From: a virus
Virus record (IMG/VR): IMGVR_UViG_3300008952_000004
Location: 64,001 to 128,000 of that record
Reading direction: 5' to 3' (one strand)
Length of the DNA: 64,000 bases
The position numbers and the translations under genes are program-made. Positions 19,909 through 29,489 of the stretch are shown one piece after another. A model generated the notes under the pieces. The model searched no databases and had not been told where the DNA came from. It was given only the letters and a program-made list of their open reading frames with translations. Within the stretch, counting starts at the first letter, position 1, and every line of letters begins with the position of its first letter.

Positions 19909-21680
19909 TGCCTATTATTACTCAAAAAAGGAGAAGTACCACTGTCGGCAACATGAGTCGCGCCCAATTAAAAGGGTTTGTAAGCGGCTCCGGCGGTGTC
20001 GGCGACACTGGCGCTGATGGCGCTGATGCCTTTACACTTTTTGCCACTAGTGGCGGCGTTATTATGGCAGCAGTTGTAAACTCGTCTGGCGCAGTGACTG
20101 ATAACGCATCAGACTTTGTTTTAATTAAGGGTCTGCGTGCAAATACTACCATTGTAAATAATGGAAACACGGCAGGTGCCGAGGGCACAACCAATGATCG
20201 CTTTGCTTTAGATGTTGAGACTAACGACAAAGTTACTGGGCACAGTTATGACACTAGTGGTAACGAACGAGATGTACATTCAACTTGGAACAGTGGTAAA
20301 ATAGAATTGCGAGATAATAGTGTCAGTGGGGCGATTATCGCCAAACTTACAGTAAGCGACACGGGAAATGATGCAAAACTATTATTAACTGATTTCGCGA
20401 CGGATCAACGAGGAGCTTCCAGCAACACCCTTCAAAAGATTGTGGTCGACGTTCCTGTAGATGTAAGGGTTAATGGTGCCTCAGTTACTGGGTATCCAGT
20501 CACTATAACCATTGTCAAGAACATTCCCGGCGCTAACGGCTCTAATGGTTCAAACGGTTCTGATGGCTCTGATGGGTCGGATGGAGCAGCCGCCCATCGA
20601 ATTTGGTTAACAGGAGGGCATCAGATTACAGCAACACATGTAACCTCTGCCGGGGCAGTAACAAATAGTTCTGCCGATTACGTTGAAGCCAAAGGCTTAT
20701 TATATCCGTCGACATCCATCCTCTACAACGGCAACACTGCTGGGGCAGAAGGGGGCACTAATAATCGGTTTGCATTAGATGTTGAAACAACTGATAAAGT
20801 TACTGGACATAGTTATGACATTGATGGCAACGAGAGAGACGTACATTCAACTTGGAACAGTTCATACATAGAATTAAGGGACAACTCCACTGGTGGTTCG
20901 ATCATAGCCAAGTTGACTCCTACAGACACTGGAGATAATGCTAAATTGTTGCTGACCGATTTTGCAACAGATCAACGTGGCGGTTCCAGCAACACACTAC
21001 AACAAATAAAAGTTGATATTCCTGTTGATGCCCGAGTCAACAGCACCTCAACCGATGAAACGGTTTCTTTGGATATAATTAAAAATATTCCCGGTGCGTC
21101 CGGAACTAACGCACCTTCGTTTATTTCTATTTCCGGTTCCGTATCAAGCGGACTTATAAGTGCCAGATCTACTGGTCACTGGTTGGTCCATGGCGGCTCT
21201 TCCGCTCCTGGCAGCGGCTGGAACCTTACCAGTGGGATAGAGATTGGTCGTGACAATGATAATGCAGGCTCCCCGTCGTCGACACTTACTCTGGATTCTG
21301 GTGTTGGAGAACCTAAAGAAACATTAATCGCAATGGTTCCGGCAGGTAAAACTTGGACATTTAAAAGTGTTTCAGGCACTATTGAGACGACAGCAAGTGG
21401 AGCGGCTTCTCCTCTTGTTGAGGGGGTTTTATGGATTGCCAAAACATCCGCTGCTGTTTCAGGTATGAGTGGCGATGAGGACGTGGTTTTGATGGATGAC
21501 TCTGCCGCTCTTGACATTGATCATTCTGGTGCTGGCACCATGGCTACGTCAGTATACTACACATTAGATGAAGCAGTTTCTGCGGGTTATGGCATCACGC
21601 TAGTCTTGTTTGTTGAAACCCTCGCCGACAGAACTGTTAATATCGGCTTTAATCTTACTTTGGAATTTGAAATTACATAA
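19908..21680 (+). CDS. Putative fibre/spike protein with tandem domain duplication and collagen-like linkers
   Basis: Start reassigned to ATG 19908 (TAATG coupling); two ~165-aa near-identical domains; GANGSNGSNGSDGSDGSDG linker. Confidence 0.6.
   Translation: MPIITQKRRSTTVGNMSRAQLKGFVSGSGGVGDTGADGADAFTLFATSGGVIMAAVVNSSGAVTDNASDFVLIKGLRANTTIVNNGNTAGAEGTTNDRFALDVETNDKVTGHSYDTSGNERDVHSTWNSGKIELRDNSVSGAIIAKLTVSDTGNDAKLLLTDFATDQRGASSNTLQKIVVDVPVDVRVNGASVTGYPVTITIVKNIPGANGSNGSNGSDGSDGSDGAAAHRIWLTGGHQITATHVTSAGAVTNSSADYVEAKGLLYPSTSILYNGNTAGAEGGTNNRFALDVETTDKVTGHSYDIDGNERDVHSTWNSSYIELRDNSTGGSIIAKLTPTDTGDNAKLLLTDFATDQRGGSSNTLQQIKVDIPVDARVNSTSTDETVSLDIIKNIPGASGTNAPSFISISGSVSSGLISARSTGHWLVHGGSSAPGSGWNLTSGIEIGRDNDNAGSPSSTLTLDSGVGEPKETLIAMVPAGKTWTFKSVSGTIETTASGAASPLVEGVLWIAKTSAAVSGMSGDEDVVLMDDSAALDIDHSGAGTMATSVYYTLDEAVSAGYGITLVLFVETLADRTVNIGFNLTLEFEIT
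20028..21095 (+). repeat. Intragenic duplication (about 20028-20531 and 20587-21095)
   Basis: Shared peptides NGNTAGAEG, RFALDVET, DKVTGHSYD, GNERDVHSTWNS, AKLLLTDFATDQRG, KNIPG. Confidence 0.9.
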
Positions 21681-22069
21681 TGGCGGATAATAGAGACAGA
21701 ATTGCTGGCATCGAGAAAGTCATCAAAGAAAAATATGGCGAGGAAGCAATTGTTAACCCTCGCTCTCTTTGGGATGACGAAAAAGAAAGAAATTATCTTG
21801 AACAGTTGAGGAAAGTGACCGCACAGCATTACCAAAAAACTGAAAAGCCAGATAAGGTCGATAATGACGGTTTTTTCATTTCAAAGAAACTACTTAATAG
21901 AGAATCAGAACGAGAGTGCCCTGTATGTGAAATATATTCTTTTGATGTTCGAGATGATGTTTATATGAGTAAATATGAATGTTGTTTCAAATGTTATGTT
22001 CAATATGTTGAAGACAGGGAGGAAAGATGGCTAAACGGATGGAGGCCCAATAATGGCAACAACACTTGA
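21680..22069 (+). CDS. Hypothetical protein with Cys cluster (putative Zn finger)
   Basis: CPVC and CCFKC motifs; TAATG coupling. Confidence 0.55.
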   Translation: MADNRDRIAGIEKVIKEKYGEEAIVNPRSLWDDEKERNYLEQLRKVTAQHYQKTEKPDKVDNDGFFISKKLLNRESERECPVCEIYSFDVRDDVYMSKYECCFKCYVQYVEDREERWLNGWRPNNGNNT

Positions 22070-22613
22070 AATCGCGAGAGGAATTTCGCAAGTAATGGCA
22101 AATGTGCACGACGGTGCGCTTGACGAGAAGGGAGATCCAATCAGTATTGGTCTTCGAAGAGAAGAGGATGTGTGTATACACGACCGACGATTAATGGATG
22201 GGTTTAAAGTGGCTCTTTATGGAGATCATCTTTGTTTGAAGTACCATGGAGAGGTGTTCCTTAAAGAAGTTCACGCCAACGGCTTTGAAGATGATATTGC
22301 TAAAATGATTAAGACGTGTTTGAAATATCTTAAAAAGGAATATAAAAACGTTACAGGTGGCGCCCTCTCCCTTAAAGCTGTCGATGAGCCGGATATTATG
22401 GTGCAAAACACTTCTCGTGTTCGTTCGTGGGTCCAAGCTCAACAGCATTTTCAGATTAGTGGCATGGATGGCACTGAAACTGTTAAGCAGGAGAGTGAAG
22501 ATCGGTTGGACGATGCTATTAAAAACTGGCTAGCTATTGGAAAAGATAAATTTCCTAAGACAAAAAAACCGGAAAATGTATCCGGTAAAAGAGATGAGGA
22601 ACCAAGATCATGA
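22053..22613 (+). CDS. Hypothetical protein
   Basis: 186-aa ORF overlapping neighbours in operon fashion. Confidence 0.55.
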   Translation: MATTLEIARGISQVMANVHDGALDEKGDPISIGLRREEDVCIHDRRLMDGFKVALYGDHLCLKYHGEVFLKEVHANGFEDDIAKMIKTCLKYLKKEYKNVTGGALSLKAVDEPDIMVQNTSRVRSWVQAQQHFQISGMDGTETVKQESEDRLDDAIKNWLAIGKDKFPKTKKPENVSGKRDEEPRS

Positions 22614-22927
22614 AAATGTCAAAAACAAGATTATTAGATATTATTAGAGAAGAAATCGAAAATATTTCTTTATTTGAAGCAGAGCCCGAAGGAGGTGATG
22701 TCGGGGCACCTGCCGGTGAAGAAACTAAAAGGGACGTTCAACGAGTGGGCGATAAAATGGATAAGACGGCAGGCTTGGATAGGTTGCTTGCTGCCATTAA
22801 TACTCCGGAAGAATTCCACCAATTGATGGTTATGTTCTTGCAAAAAGCCTCTCAACACCCTTCGATTAAACCAACCCAGGTCAAGAGATCTCTACTACAA
22901 TTATCAAGAGAAGCTGCGAAACAATAA
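22610..22927 (+). CDS. Hypothetical protein
   Basis: ATGA overlap with the upstream stop; directly before terminase. Confidence 0.55.
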   Translation: MKMSKTRLLDIIREEIENISLFEAEPEGGDVGAPAGEETKRDVQRVGDKMDKTAGLDRLLAAINTPEEFHQLMVMFLQKASQHPSIKPTQVKRSLLQLSREAAKQ

Positions 22928-22939
22928 AACGAGTAATGG

Positions 22940-24517
22940 ATGGGGTATCAACTAACCAAGAGTGAAATTGTGCGAGAGGTTGTTAAGTGTGGCAAAGACC
23001 CAGCATATTTTATTAATAGTTATGCAAAGATTTCCCATCCTATGAGGGGGCTTATACCTTTTCGCACATATGATTTTCAAGACGATCTCTTGAGAGATTT
23101 CAATGATTATCGCTTTAATGTAATATTAAAAGCTCGTCAGCTTGGTATTTCCACGGTGACCGCTGCTTATGTTGCTTGGATGATGATGTTTCATCGTGAC
23201 AAAAACATTCTTGTTATCGCCACGAAGTTTTCGACAGCAGGAAACTTAGTCAAAAAGGTCAAGCACCTCATTCGAAACCTACCGGATTGGATGATGGTGG
23301 CTAGTATTTCCGTTGACAACCGAACGTCGTTTGAGCTTTCAAACGGATCCCAAATTAAAGCTTCTTCAACATCGGGCGATGCTGGACGTTCAGAAGCGTT
23401 ATCTCTCCTTGTTATTGACGAGGCAGCACACGTTGAGGGCTTGGAAGAACTGTGGACAGGTTTGTATCCCACACTGTCGACTGGTGGTCGCTGCATCGCC
23501 CTGTCGACACCAAATGGTGTTGGCAATTGGTTTCATCAAACTTTTATCGACGCTGATATAGCTGCAAACGATTTCCATCCGACAACACTCCCATGGGACG
23601 TCCACCCTGATCGAAATCAAGAATGGTTTGAAAAAGAAACAAAGAATATGTCGCGACGTCAAATTGCACAAGAGCTTGAGTGCAATTTTAATATGTCCGG
23701 TGAGACAGTCCTTCACCCAGCAGATTTGGAAAAGTTGGAGAGCGAACATTTATGTGAACCCAAATATAAAACGGGCTTCGATAGAAATCTTTGGATATGG
23801 GAGACACATAATCCGGAACATGGGTACTTGCTTGTTGCTGACGTCGCTCGCGGCGACGGCAAAGACTATTCAGCATTTCACGTTATCGACTTGGTGACTT
23901 TGGAACAGGTTGCAGAATATCAAGGTCGACCGAACCTTGAGTCATATGCACAATTGCTTTTTGAGACTGCTAAAGAATATGGTGAATGTATGTTAGTAGT
24001 TGAAAATAACAATATCGGATTTGCTATTTTGGAAAAATTGATTGAAGCTGGGTACCCAAACATTTATTTTTCTGTTAAGTCGACTCACGAGTATATTGAA
24101 CCGCACCTAGCCGAATATGCTAGTAATTCGGTGCCGGGATTTACTACGACTATGAAGACTAGACCGTTGATCATTGCTAAACTTGAAGAATTTATACGCA
24201 ATCAACTAATTATTCTGCGTTCACCGAGGACAATAAACGAAATGAAAACTTTTATTTGGAATAACGGAAAACCAGAAGCGATGAGGGGATACCACGATGA
24301 CTTGGTGATGAGTTTGGCAATTGCCTGCTGGGTGCGAGATACAGCACTAATAACCAATCAAAAAGATTTAGAATATAAAAAATCTTTCTTAAATTCTATG
24401 ACAAAATCGAATAGTATATTAGATACGACTATACCGGGCATGACCGGACACAAGCACAGCGAAGCAACAGATGCGATCAAGAAGCGAAAAGAATTTATCT
24501 GGCTTCTTAAAGGTTAA
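22940..24517 (+). CDS. Terminase large subunit (T4 gp17-like)
   Basis: LKARQLGIST (Walker A), LLVIDEAAH (Walker B), STPNG, ADVARG and DDLVMSLAIA nuclease motifs. Confidence 0.93.
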   Translation: MGYQLTKSEIVREVVKCGKDPAYFINSYAKISHPMRGLIPFRTYDFQDDLLRDFNDYRFNVILKARQLGISTVTAAYVAWMMMFHRDKNILVIATKFSTAGNLVKKVKHLIRNLPDWMMVASISVDNRTSFELSNGSQIKASSTSGDAGRSEALSLLVIDEAAHVEGLEELWTGLYPTLSTGGRCIALSTPNGVGNWFHQTFIDADIAANDFHPTTLPWDVHPDRNQEWFEKETKNMSRRQIAQELECNFNMSGETVLHPADLEKLESEHLCEPKYKTGFDRNLWIWETHNPEHGYLLVADVARGDGKDYSAFHVIDLVTLEQVAEYQGRPNLESYAQLLFETAKEYGECMLVVENNNIGFAILEKLIEAGYPNIYFSVKSTHEYIEPHLAEYASNSVPGFTTTMKTRPLIIAKLEEFIRNQLIILRSPRTINEMKTFIWNNGKPEAMRGYHDDLVMSLAIACWVRDTALITNQKDLEYKKSFLNSMTKSNSILDTTIPGMTGHKHSEATDAIKKRKEFIWLLKG

Positions 24518-24536
24518 ATAAAAGAGGGACAATTAT

Positions 24537-26429
24537 ATGGCTGATAATACAAATAATCCAAGAAATTCAGAATCAACACTTTTTAAAAGATTAACGCGCT
24601 TGTTCTCTGGACCCATCGTGAATCATAGAGCACAAACACCGAGATCCTCGCGCCGCCGACAACTTGATAAATATAAATTTACCTCTACGACCGGACAACA
24701 ATTTAAAAAGACCCAATATAATCCGTTTGAAAGTCTTTCTAGTGCCTATATGTCAAATCAAAATCGTGGCGATCGTTACGCGGACTTTGATCAAATGGAA
24801 TATACCCCAGAAATTGCATCTGCTCTGGACGTATATGCTGATGAAATGACCACATCCACATCTTTGCAACCGTTAATGACAATCGATTGTCCAAACGGCG
24901 AAATCAAAGATGTGTTAAATTCGCTTTATCACAATATATTAAATGTTGAATTTAACTTGTTTGGATGGTGTAGGACGATGTGCAAATACGGAGACTTTTT
25001 CCTATATGTCGACATCGATGAAAGAGAAGGTGTTAAAAATGCCATTGGCTTGCCGCCACACGAAGTAGAACGTCTAGAGGGAGAAGACAAAACTAATCCA
25101 AACTATGTACAATTCCAGTGGAACTCAGGCGGTTTGACATTTGAAAACTGGCAAATTGCACATTTGAGAATTTTGGGTAATGATAAATATTCTCCATATG
25201 GCACATCTGTTCTAGAACCCGCTCGCCGGATTTGGCGCCAGCTTACTTTGCTTGAGGATGCCATGATGGCTTATCGTATTGTCCGATCACCTGAGCGTCG
25301 TGTTTTCTACATCGATGTTGGTAATATTGCTCCGAATGACATTGAGCAGTACATGCAACGGGTAATGTCCCAGATGAAACGATCGCAAATTGTTGATCCG
25401 GATACCGGAAGGGTTGATCTTCGCTATAACCCAATGAGTGTTGATGAGGACTATTTTATTCCTCAACGCGGTGGGCAGTCTTCTAGAGTAGAAAGCCTTC
25501 CCGGTGGAACCTATACGGGTGACATTGATGACGTCAAATATTTGCGTGATAAGTTATTCTCCGCGCTTAAAGTGCCGATGTCGTACCTTTCCAGGGGCGA
25601 AGGCGCTGATGAAGACAAAGCGACGTTGGCTCAAAAAGACATTCGATTCGCTCGAACGATCCAGAGACTCCAGAGAGCAATCATTTCTGAGCTTGAAAAG
25701 GTGGGTATTATACACTTATATACACTTGGCTATCGCGAGGAAGATTTAGTTTCTTTTAAATTGAAGCTTAATAATCCCTCTCGAATTGCAGAACTTCAAG
25801 AACTAGAACATTGGAGGACAAAGTTTGATGTTGCTGGGTCTGCAACTGACGGATTTTTTAGCAAGCGATGGATTGCAAAGAACGTTTTCAGTCTTTCGGA
25901 TGAGGAACATCTTCAGAACCTGCGGGAAATGTTCTTTGATAAGAAACACGAAGCGGCGCTAGAAGCTGCCGCCGCAGGCGATGTAGAAGCAGGCGGCGAT
26001 GATCTTGGCGGTGGAGGAGACTTTGGTGGTGACGAGGATGATTTAGATCTTGGCGGAGACGATGAAGGCGCCGAGGAAGCGGAAGAAGGACCACTCCTTG
26101 CCGCACCAGCCCGCCGAGCCGATGACGGCTCATACATTACTCCCGGCGCCAAGGGAAAATATTATACCCCGGTTAATTCTGATAAAAGATCTCTAGGTGC
26201 AAAAAATAGAAGCTTGAGATCAGATTATTCTGATGAATCTGGGCGTAATACAGTACGGAATACCTTTAAGGGCATGACAGATATTAGGACCCTTGTTAAA
26301 ACCACTGGGCTTTCGGAAAATAAAGATTCTAATTACCAAATAGAAGAAAAGATGTTAAGTGTCGATAGCGACGTTAAATCATTGATTAAAGAGTTGGAGA
26401 CAAAAACAAATGAAATTAAAGCACAATAA
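24537..26429 (+). CDS. Portal protein (T4 gp20-like) with acidic Gly-rich C-terminal extension
   Basis: PEIASALDVYADE, YGTSVLEPARRIWRQLTLLEDAMMAYRIVRSPERRVFYIDVG, EDYFIP, DDVKYLRDKLFSALKVP. Confidence 0.93.
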   Translation: MADNTNNPRNSESTLFKRLTRLFSGPIVNHRAQTPRSSRRRQLDKYKFTSTTGQQFKKTQYNPFESLSSAYMSNQNRGDRYADFDQMEYTPEIASALDVYADEMTTSTSLQPLMTIDCPNGEIKDVLNSLYHNILNVEFNLFGWCRTMCKYGDFFLYVDIDEREGVKNAIGLPPHEVERLEGEDKTNPNYVQFQWNSGGLTFENWQIAHLRILGNDKYSPYGTSVLEPARRIWRQLTLLEDAMMAYRIVRSPERRVFYIDVGNIAPNDIEQYMQRVMSQMKRSQIVDPDTGRVDLRYNPMSVDEDYFIPQRGGQSSRVESLPGGTYTGDIDDVKYLRDKLFSALKVPMSYLSRGEGADEDKATLAQKDIRFARTIQRLQRAIISELEKVGIIHLYTLGYREEDLVSFKLKLNNPSRIAELQELEHWRTKFDVAGSATDGFFSKRWIAKNVFSLSDEEHLQNLREMFFDKKHEAALEAAAAGDVEAGGDDLGGGGDFGGDEDDLDLGGDDEGAEEAEEGPLLAAPARRADDGSYITPGAKGKYYTPVNSDKRSLGAKNRSLRSDYSDESGRNTVRNTFKGMTDIRTLVKTTGLSENKDSNYQIEEKMLSVDSDVKSLIKELETKTNEIKAQ

Positions 26430-27249
26430 AAAAAGAAATACAGCTTTTTTATTTGAGGCGCTTGTACGAGAATACACGAGAGCCGCAATTAGAAAAGATG
26501 AAAGAGTCATGACTGAATGTCGGGTTATTCTAAAAAATTATTTTTCTGTTAACACGATCTTGGGGAAGGAACTGTCCTTATATCGCTCTTTGTATGAGAC
26601 AGTGGGATTATCAAAATCCGCCGCCGAAAAACTGATACTGGAAGTCCGTAGGGCTTATAAAGATATTATTTCTGAAAGTCAAAATGAGATCTTTGCCGAA
26701 CAAAGCGCTGTAATTAATAAGATTAATAAGAATGTTTCTACAAATGTTTTTTCTAATTTTGTGCCACAATATAAGAACCTTGCAACCGTCTATCAAATAT
26801 TTAATGGCGGATTGCCTCCTGAAAAAAGAATTCTTCTAGAGGAATATATAAGCGGCGCAATTTCCAGCCCCCCGGTTGAAAAAATACCGAAAGCTAAAGA
26901 TCCCGTAGATAATTTAGTGCTTAAAAACTTTTTAAAAAAGTTTAATAATAAGTATGGAAACTCTCTTCTTGAAGAGCAGAATAAACTTCTGAACCGATAT
27001 GTGCTTTCTTTTTCGGACAATGGGTTGGCTTTCCGGGCATACCTCAACGAAGAACTTGGGCGACTTAAATTAGCTGTGTCACATGGTTTAAAATCGGAAG
27101 AGATCGCAAACGACAAGGATATGGTTGAAAAAACAGAGAAAGTTACAACCATATTAGACAATTTTGCTACTAAAAAAATGACAAACGAAGGCTTGCACCA
27201 AATTTTAAAAATTCAATCGCTAGTCAAGGAGATAAACACTAATGGCTGA
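26410..27249 (+). CDS. Hypothetical helical protein in the head cluster
   Basis: 279-aa ORF overlapping the portal end. Confidence 0.6.
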   Translation: MKLKHNKKRNTAFLFEALVREYTRAAIRKDERVMTECRVILKNYFSVNTILGKELSLYRSLYETVGLSKSAAEKLILEVRRAYKDIISESQNEIFAEQSAVINKINKNVSTNVFSNFVPQYKNLATVYQIFNGGLPPEKRILLEEYISGAISSPPVEKIPKAKDPVDNLVLKNFLKKFNNKYGNSLLEEQNKLLNRYVLSFSDNGLAFRAYLNEELGRLKLAVSHGLKSEEIANDKDMVEKTEKVTTILDNFATKKMTNEGLHQILKIQSLVKEINTNG

Positions 27250-27799
27250 TATTACAATAAAGGTTAATGCTCCGGAAAGTGAACCTGCTCCACAAACAAC
27301 CGTGGAACTTATAGCTAGGAAAACCCTTGATGGCAACATTCTGATTATGGATCATGAGGAAATCGATATTGTTGTATATCCAGAAAATAAAAAAATACTG
27401 GCTTTAGCCAAGGAAAGTTTCCGACATACAGTATACGAAACACAGGAACGTTTTTTTAAATTTTTGTGGAAAACCGGAGTTATTGATATGTCTTCTATAC
27501 AAGCGGGCAATATATTTGCTTCTATGGAGGGGGCAATTCTTGAATCTTCCTCTGAAGGCGTTGATTCAATCCAGATGGCAATGCTCTCTATAGATAAGTT
27601 TATGAACGAAGAAAGACCATATTTTATGGTCAGCAAAGCATACGAGAAAGCTGAACTGGAGCGTTTGACAGAACCGGACGCCGATGAGAGCACTGAAATG
27701 GGAGAAGTCCCTAGCGCCGAAGAAAAGGGAGCGCTGGGCACCGCCTTGGCATATGGAACGGGCGGCGCACATCAGCAACGCGGCAGGCGCTACGTTTAA
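27242..27799 (+). CDS. Hypothetical acidic protein in the head cluster
   Basis: 185-aa ORF overlapping the upstream gene. Confidence 0.55.
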   Translation: MADITIKVNAPESEPAPQTTVELIARKTLDGNILIMDHEEIDIVVYPENKKILALAKESFRHTVYETQERFFKFLWKTGVIDMSSIQAGNIFASMEGAILESSSEGVDSIQMAMLSIDKFMNEERPYFMVSKAYEKAELERLTEPDADESTEMGEVPSAEEKGALGTALAYGTGGAHQQRGRRYV

Positions 27800-27808
27800 G
27801 AGGTACAT

Positions 27809-28117
27809 TTGAGTTTAATATATTTTATTTTATGTGCGTTCGGAATGACGCAAATTATAACTTATGGAAAGCTATTTGATGCCATTAGACCCGGCTGTGA
27901 CAAATACTTGGGTTTTTTTCATTGTCCGATGTGTATCGGGTTTTGGGTCGGTGCTTTTCTGTGCGGAATAAACACTTATACCGAACTATTTATTTTTGAA
28001 ATAAATGTTACGAACATTTTTTTGTTAGGGTGCTTGAGTTCTGGAACTTCATATATTTTAAGCACCCTTTTTGATGATTGGGGTATAAGAAGTGAACATT
28101 TTACAAGAAGAGAATAA
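27809..28117 (+). CDS. Small membrane protein with CPMC motif (DUF1360-like)
   Basis: Three hydrophobic segments; FHCPMCIGFWVG resembles the DUF1360 CPxCxxxW pattern; TTG start after GAGGT. Confidence 0.55.
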   Translation: MSLIYFILCAFGMTQIITYGKLFDAIRPGCDKYLGFFHCPMCIGFWVGAFLCGINTYTELFIFEINVTNIFLLGCLSSGTSYILSTLFDDWGIRSEHFTRRE

Positions 28118-28124
28118 AACAATT

Positions 28125-28175
28125 ATGAAACGTTGGGGGTTACAACCAGTACGGCGATGCTGTAAAGGTTCGTGA
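28125..28175 (+). CDS. Possible 16-aa micro-ORF MKRWGLQPVRRCCKGS
   Basis: ATG..TGA fills the gap before the protease gene; weak purine-rich RBS; below the ORF-track cutoff. Confidence 0.35.
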   Translation: MKRWGLQPVRRCCKGS

Positions 28176-28209
28176 CTCGCGCAGGTAATGCCTGCAAAAA
28201 GGAGTAAGG

Positions 28210-28815
28210 ATGTCTAAATTAGTTTTACGAGAATATTTTGAACTTTGTGAAGGTGGCGTGTGCCAAGATTTTTTAACCGAGGCAGAAAAAGCTGAAGTCA
28301 AAAACGGTACGCTGTACTTGACTGGGATAATGCAGAAATCTAATACACCTAACGGCAATGGTCGGGTTTATCCTGACAAGGTTCTCCGTCGCGAGGTTGA
28401 AAATTATAAAAAACTTGTTAAAGAGCGCCGCGCACTTGGTGAGTTGGATCACCCAGAAGATTCGGTCATCAACTTGAAGAACGCTTCCCACATGGTTACC
28501 GATATTTGGTGGGACGGTCAGAGTGTAATGGGAAAAGTAAAGGTTCTCAATACCCCTTCTGGTAGAATTCTTCAAGACCTAGTGAGTTCAGGAGTTACAC
28601 TTGGAATATCTTCACGTGGACTAGGTTCCGTGCACGAATCTAACAATGGCGCAGCTATTGTAGAAGATGACTTCCAGTTAATTTGTTTTGATTTTGTGTC
28701 AGAACCATCGACCCCCGGCGCCTATATGATGAAAGAACATAAGGAGCCTAATATTTTTACAAAGGCAGATCGAATCAATCGAGCTTTGAACGACATTATA
28801 ACGAGCGTGGAATGA
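28210..28815 (+). CDS. Prohead core protease (T4 gp21-like)
   Basis: NGRVYP, GELDHP, GISSRGLGS, DFVSEPS. Confidence 0.92.
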   Translation: MSKLVLREYFELCEGGVCQDFLTEAEKAEVKNGTLYLTGIMQKSNTPNGNGRVYPDKVLRREVENYKKLVKERRALGELDHPEDSVINLKNASHMVTDIWWDGQSVMGKVKVLNTPSGRILQDLVSSGVTLGISSRGLGSVHESNNGAAIVEDDFQLICFDFVSEPSTPGAYMMKEHKEPNIFTKADRINRALNDIITSVE

Positions 28816-29234
28816 AAAAAGAACAAATTAAAGAAACCTTAAAGCCTATAATCAAGCAGTGTATTAAGGAGGTACTCTTCGAGGAAGGGGTACTTTCAGG
28901 CATTGTGTCAGAGGTTGTTCAGGGCTTGGGACGTCCCGCAGAGGTTATTCGAGAGGATAACAATAATGTGACAGAATCCTCAGCACACCGAGAAAGAGAG
29001 TTGTACATACAACAAGCCAGAGAAGAACACAGGAAAGAAATAGAAGCTCAACGGAAATCGTTGAATGAGTCTATATCTTCTCGCTTTGGTGGTGTTGATT
29101 TATTTGAAGGGACAGCGCCTATTTCTAAGGCTGGTTCCCCAGACGGTACCGTCACGCCAACCGGAGCCCTCCAAGGGGTGGACCCGAGCGATTCCGGTGT
29201 GGATATATCACGCTTGGGAATATTTGGAAAATAA
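28812..29234 (+). CDS. Hypothetical protein
   Basis: ATGA overlap with the protease stop. Confidence 0.55.
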   Translation: MKKEQIKETLKPIIKQCIKEVLFEEGVLSGIVSEVVQGLGRPAEVIREDNNNVTESSAHRERELYIQQAREEHRKEIEAQRKSLNESISSRFGGVDLFEGTAPISKAGSPDGTVTPTGALQGVDPSDSGVDISRLGIFGK

Positions 29235-29244
29235 AGGAAGACCA

Positions 29245-29460
29245 ATGGCAAAACGCCCTATCAACGTAGAAATTAAACCTAAACACAACGAACATCCGGA
29301 TCGGCTTATCCGCCGCTTTACCAGAAAGGTAAAAAAAGAAGGTATTTTGGATGAAGTTCGGGAAAGAAGATATTATGAAAAACCTTCTACCCGTAAACGA
29401 AAAGAAAAAATTAGAAGAAAGCGTCTTGCTAAGCGAGAACAAGAGAAGAACAGTAAATAA
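29245..29460 (+). CDS. rpsU: Ribosomal protein bS21 (phage-encoded)
   Basis: Start reassigned to ATG 29245 (AAGGA upstream); 71 aa; DRLIRRFTRKVKKEGILDEVRERRYYEKPSTRKRKEK fits the bS21 pattern. Confidence 0.9.
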   Translation: MAKRPINVEIKPKHNEHPDRLIRRFTRKVKKEGILDEVRERRYYEKPSTRKRKEKIRRKRLAKREQEKNSK

Positions 29461-29463
29461 TAG

Positions 29464-29472
29464 ACTATTTAT
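29464..29472 (+). promoter_or_regulatory. Putative late promoter motif ACTATTTAT
   Basis: Intergenic, 26 nt before ATG 29490. Confidence 0.6.
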
Positions 29473-29489
29473 AGTACGAGGAGAACACA

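Noticed and set aside
20028-21095. Diversity-generating retroelement TR/VR pair
   Set aside because: Both copies are in frame in one gene, differences are not adenine-specific, and no reverse transcriptase is present.
28173-28215. Selenocysteine read-through of the micro-ORF UGA via the following hairpin
   Set aside because: Hairpin is short and only 5 nt from the UGA, read-through would run into the protease start, and no Sec machinery is visible. Kept only as a remote possibility.
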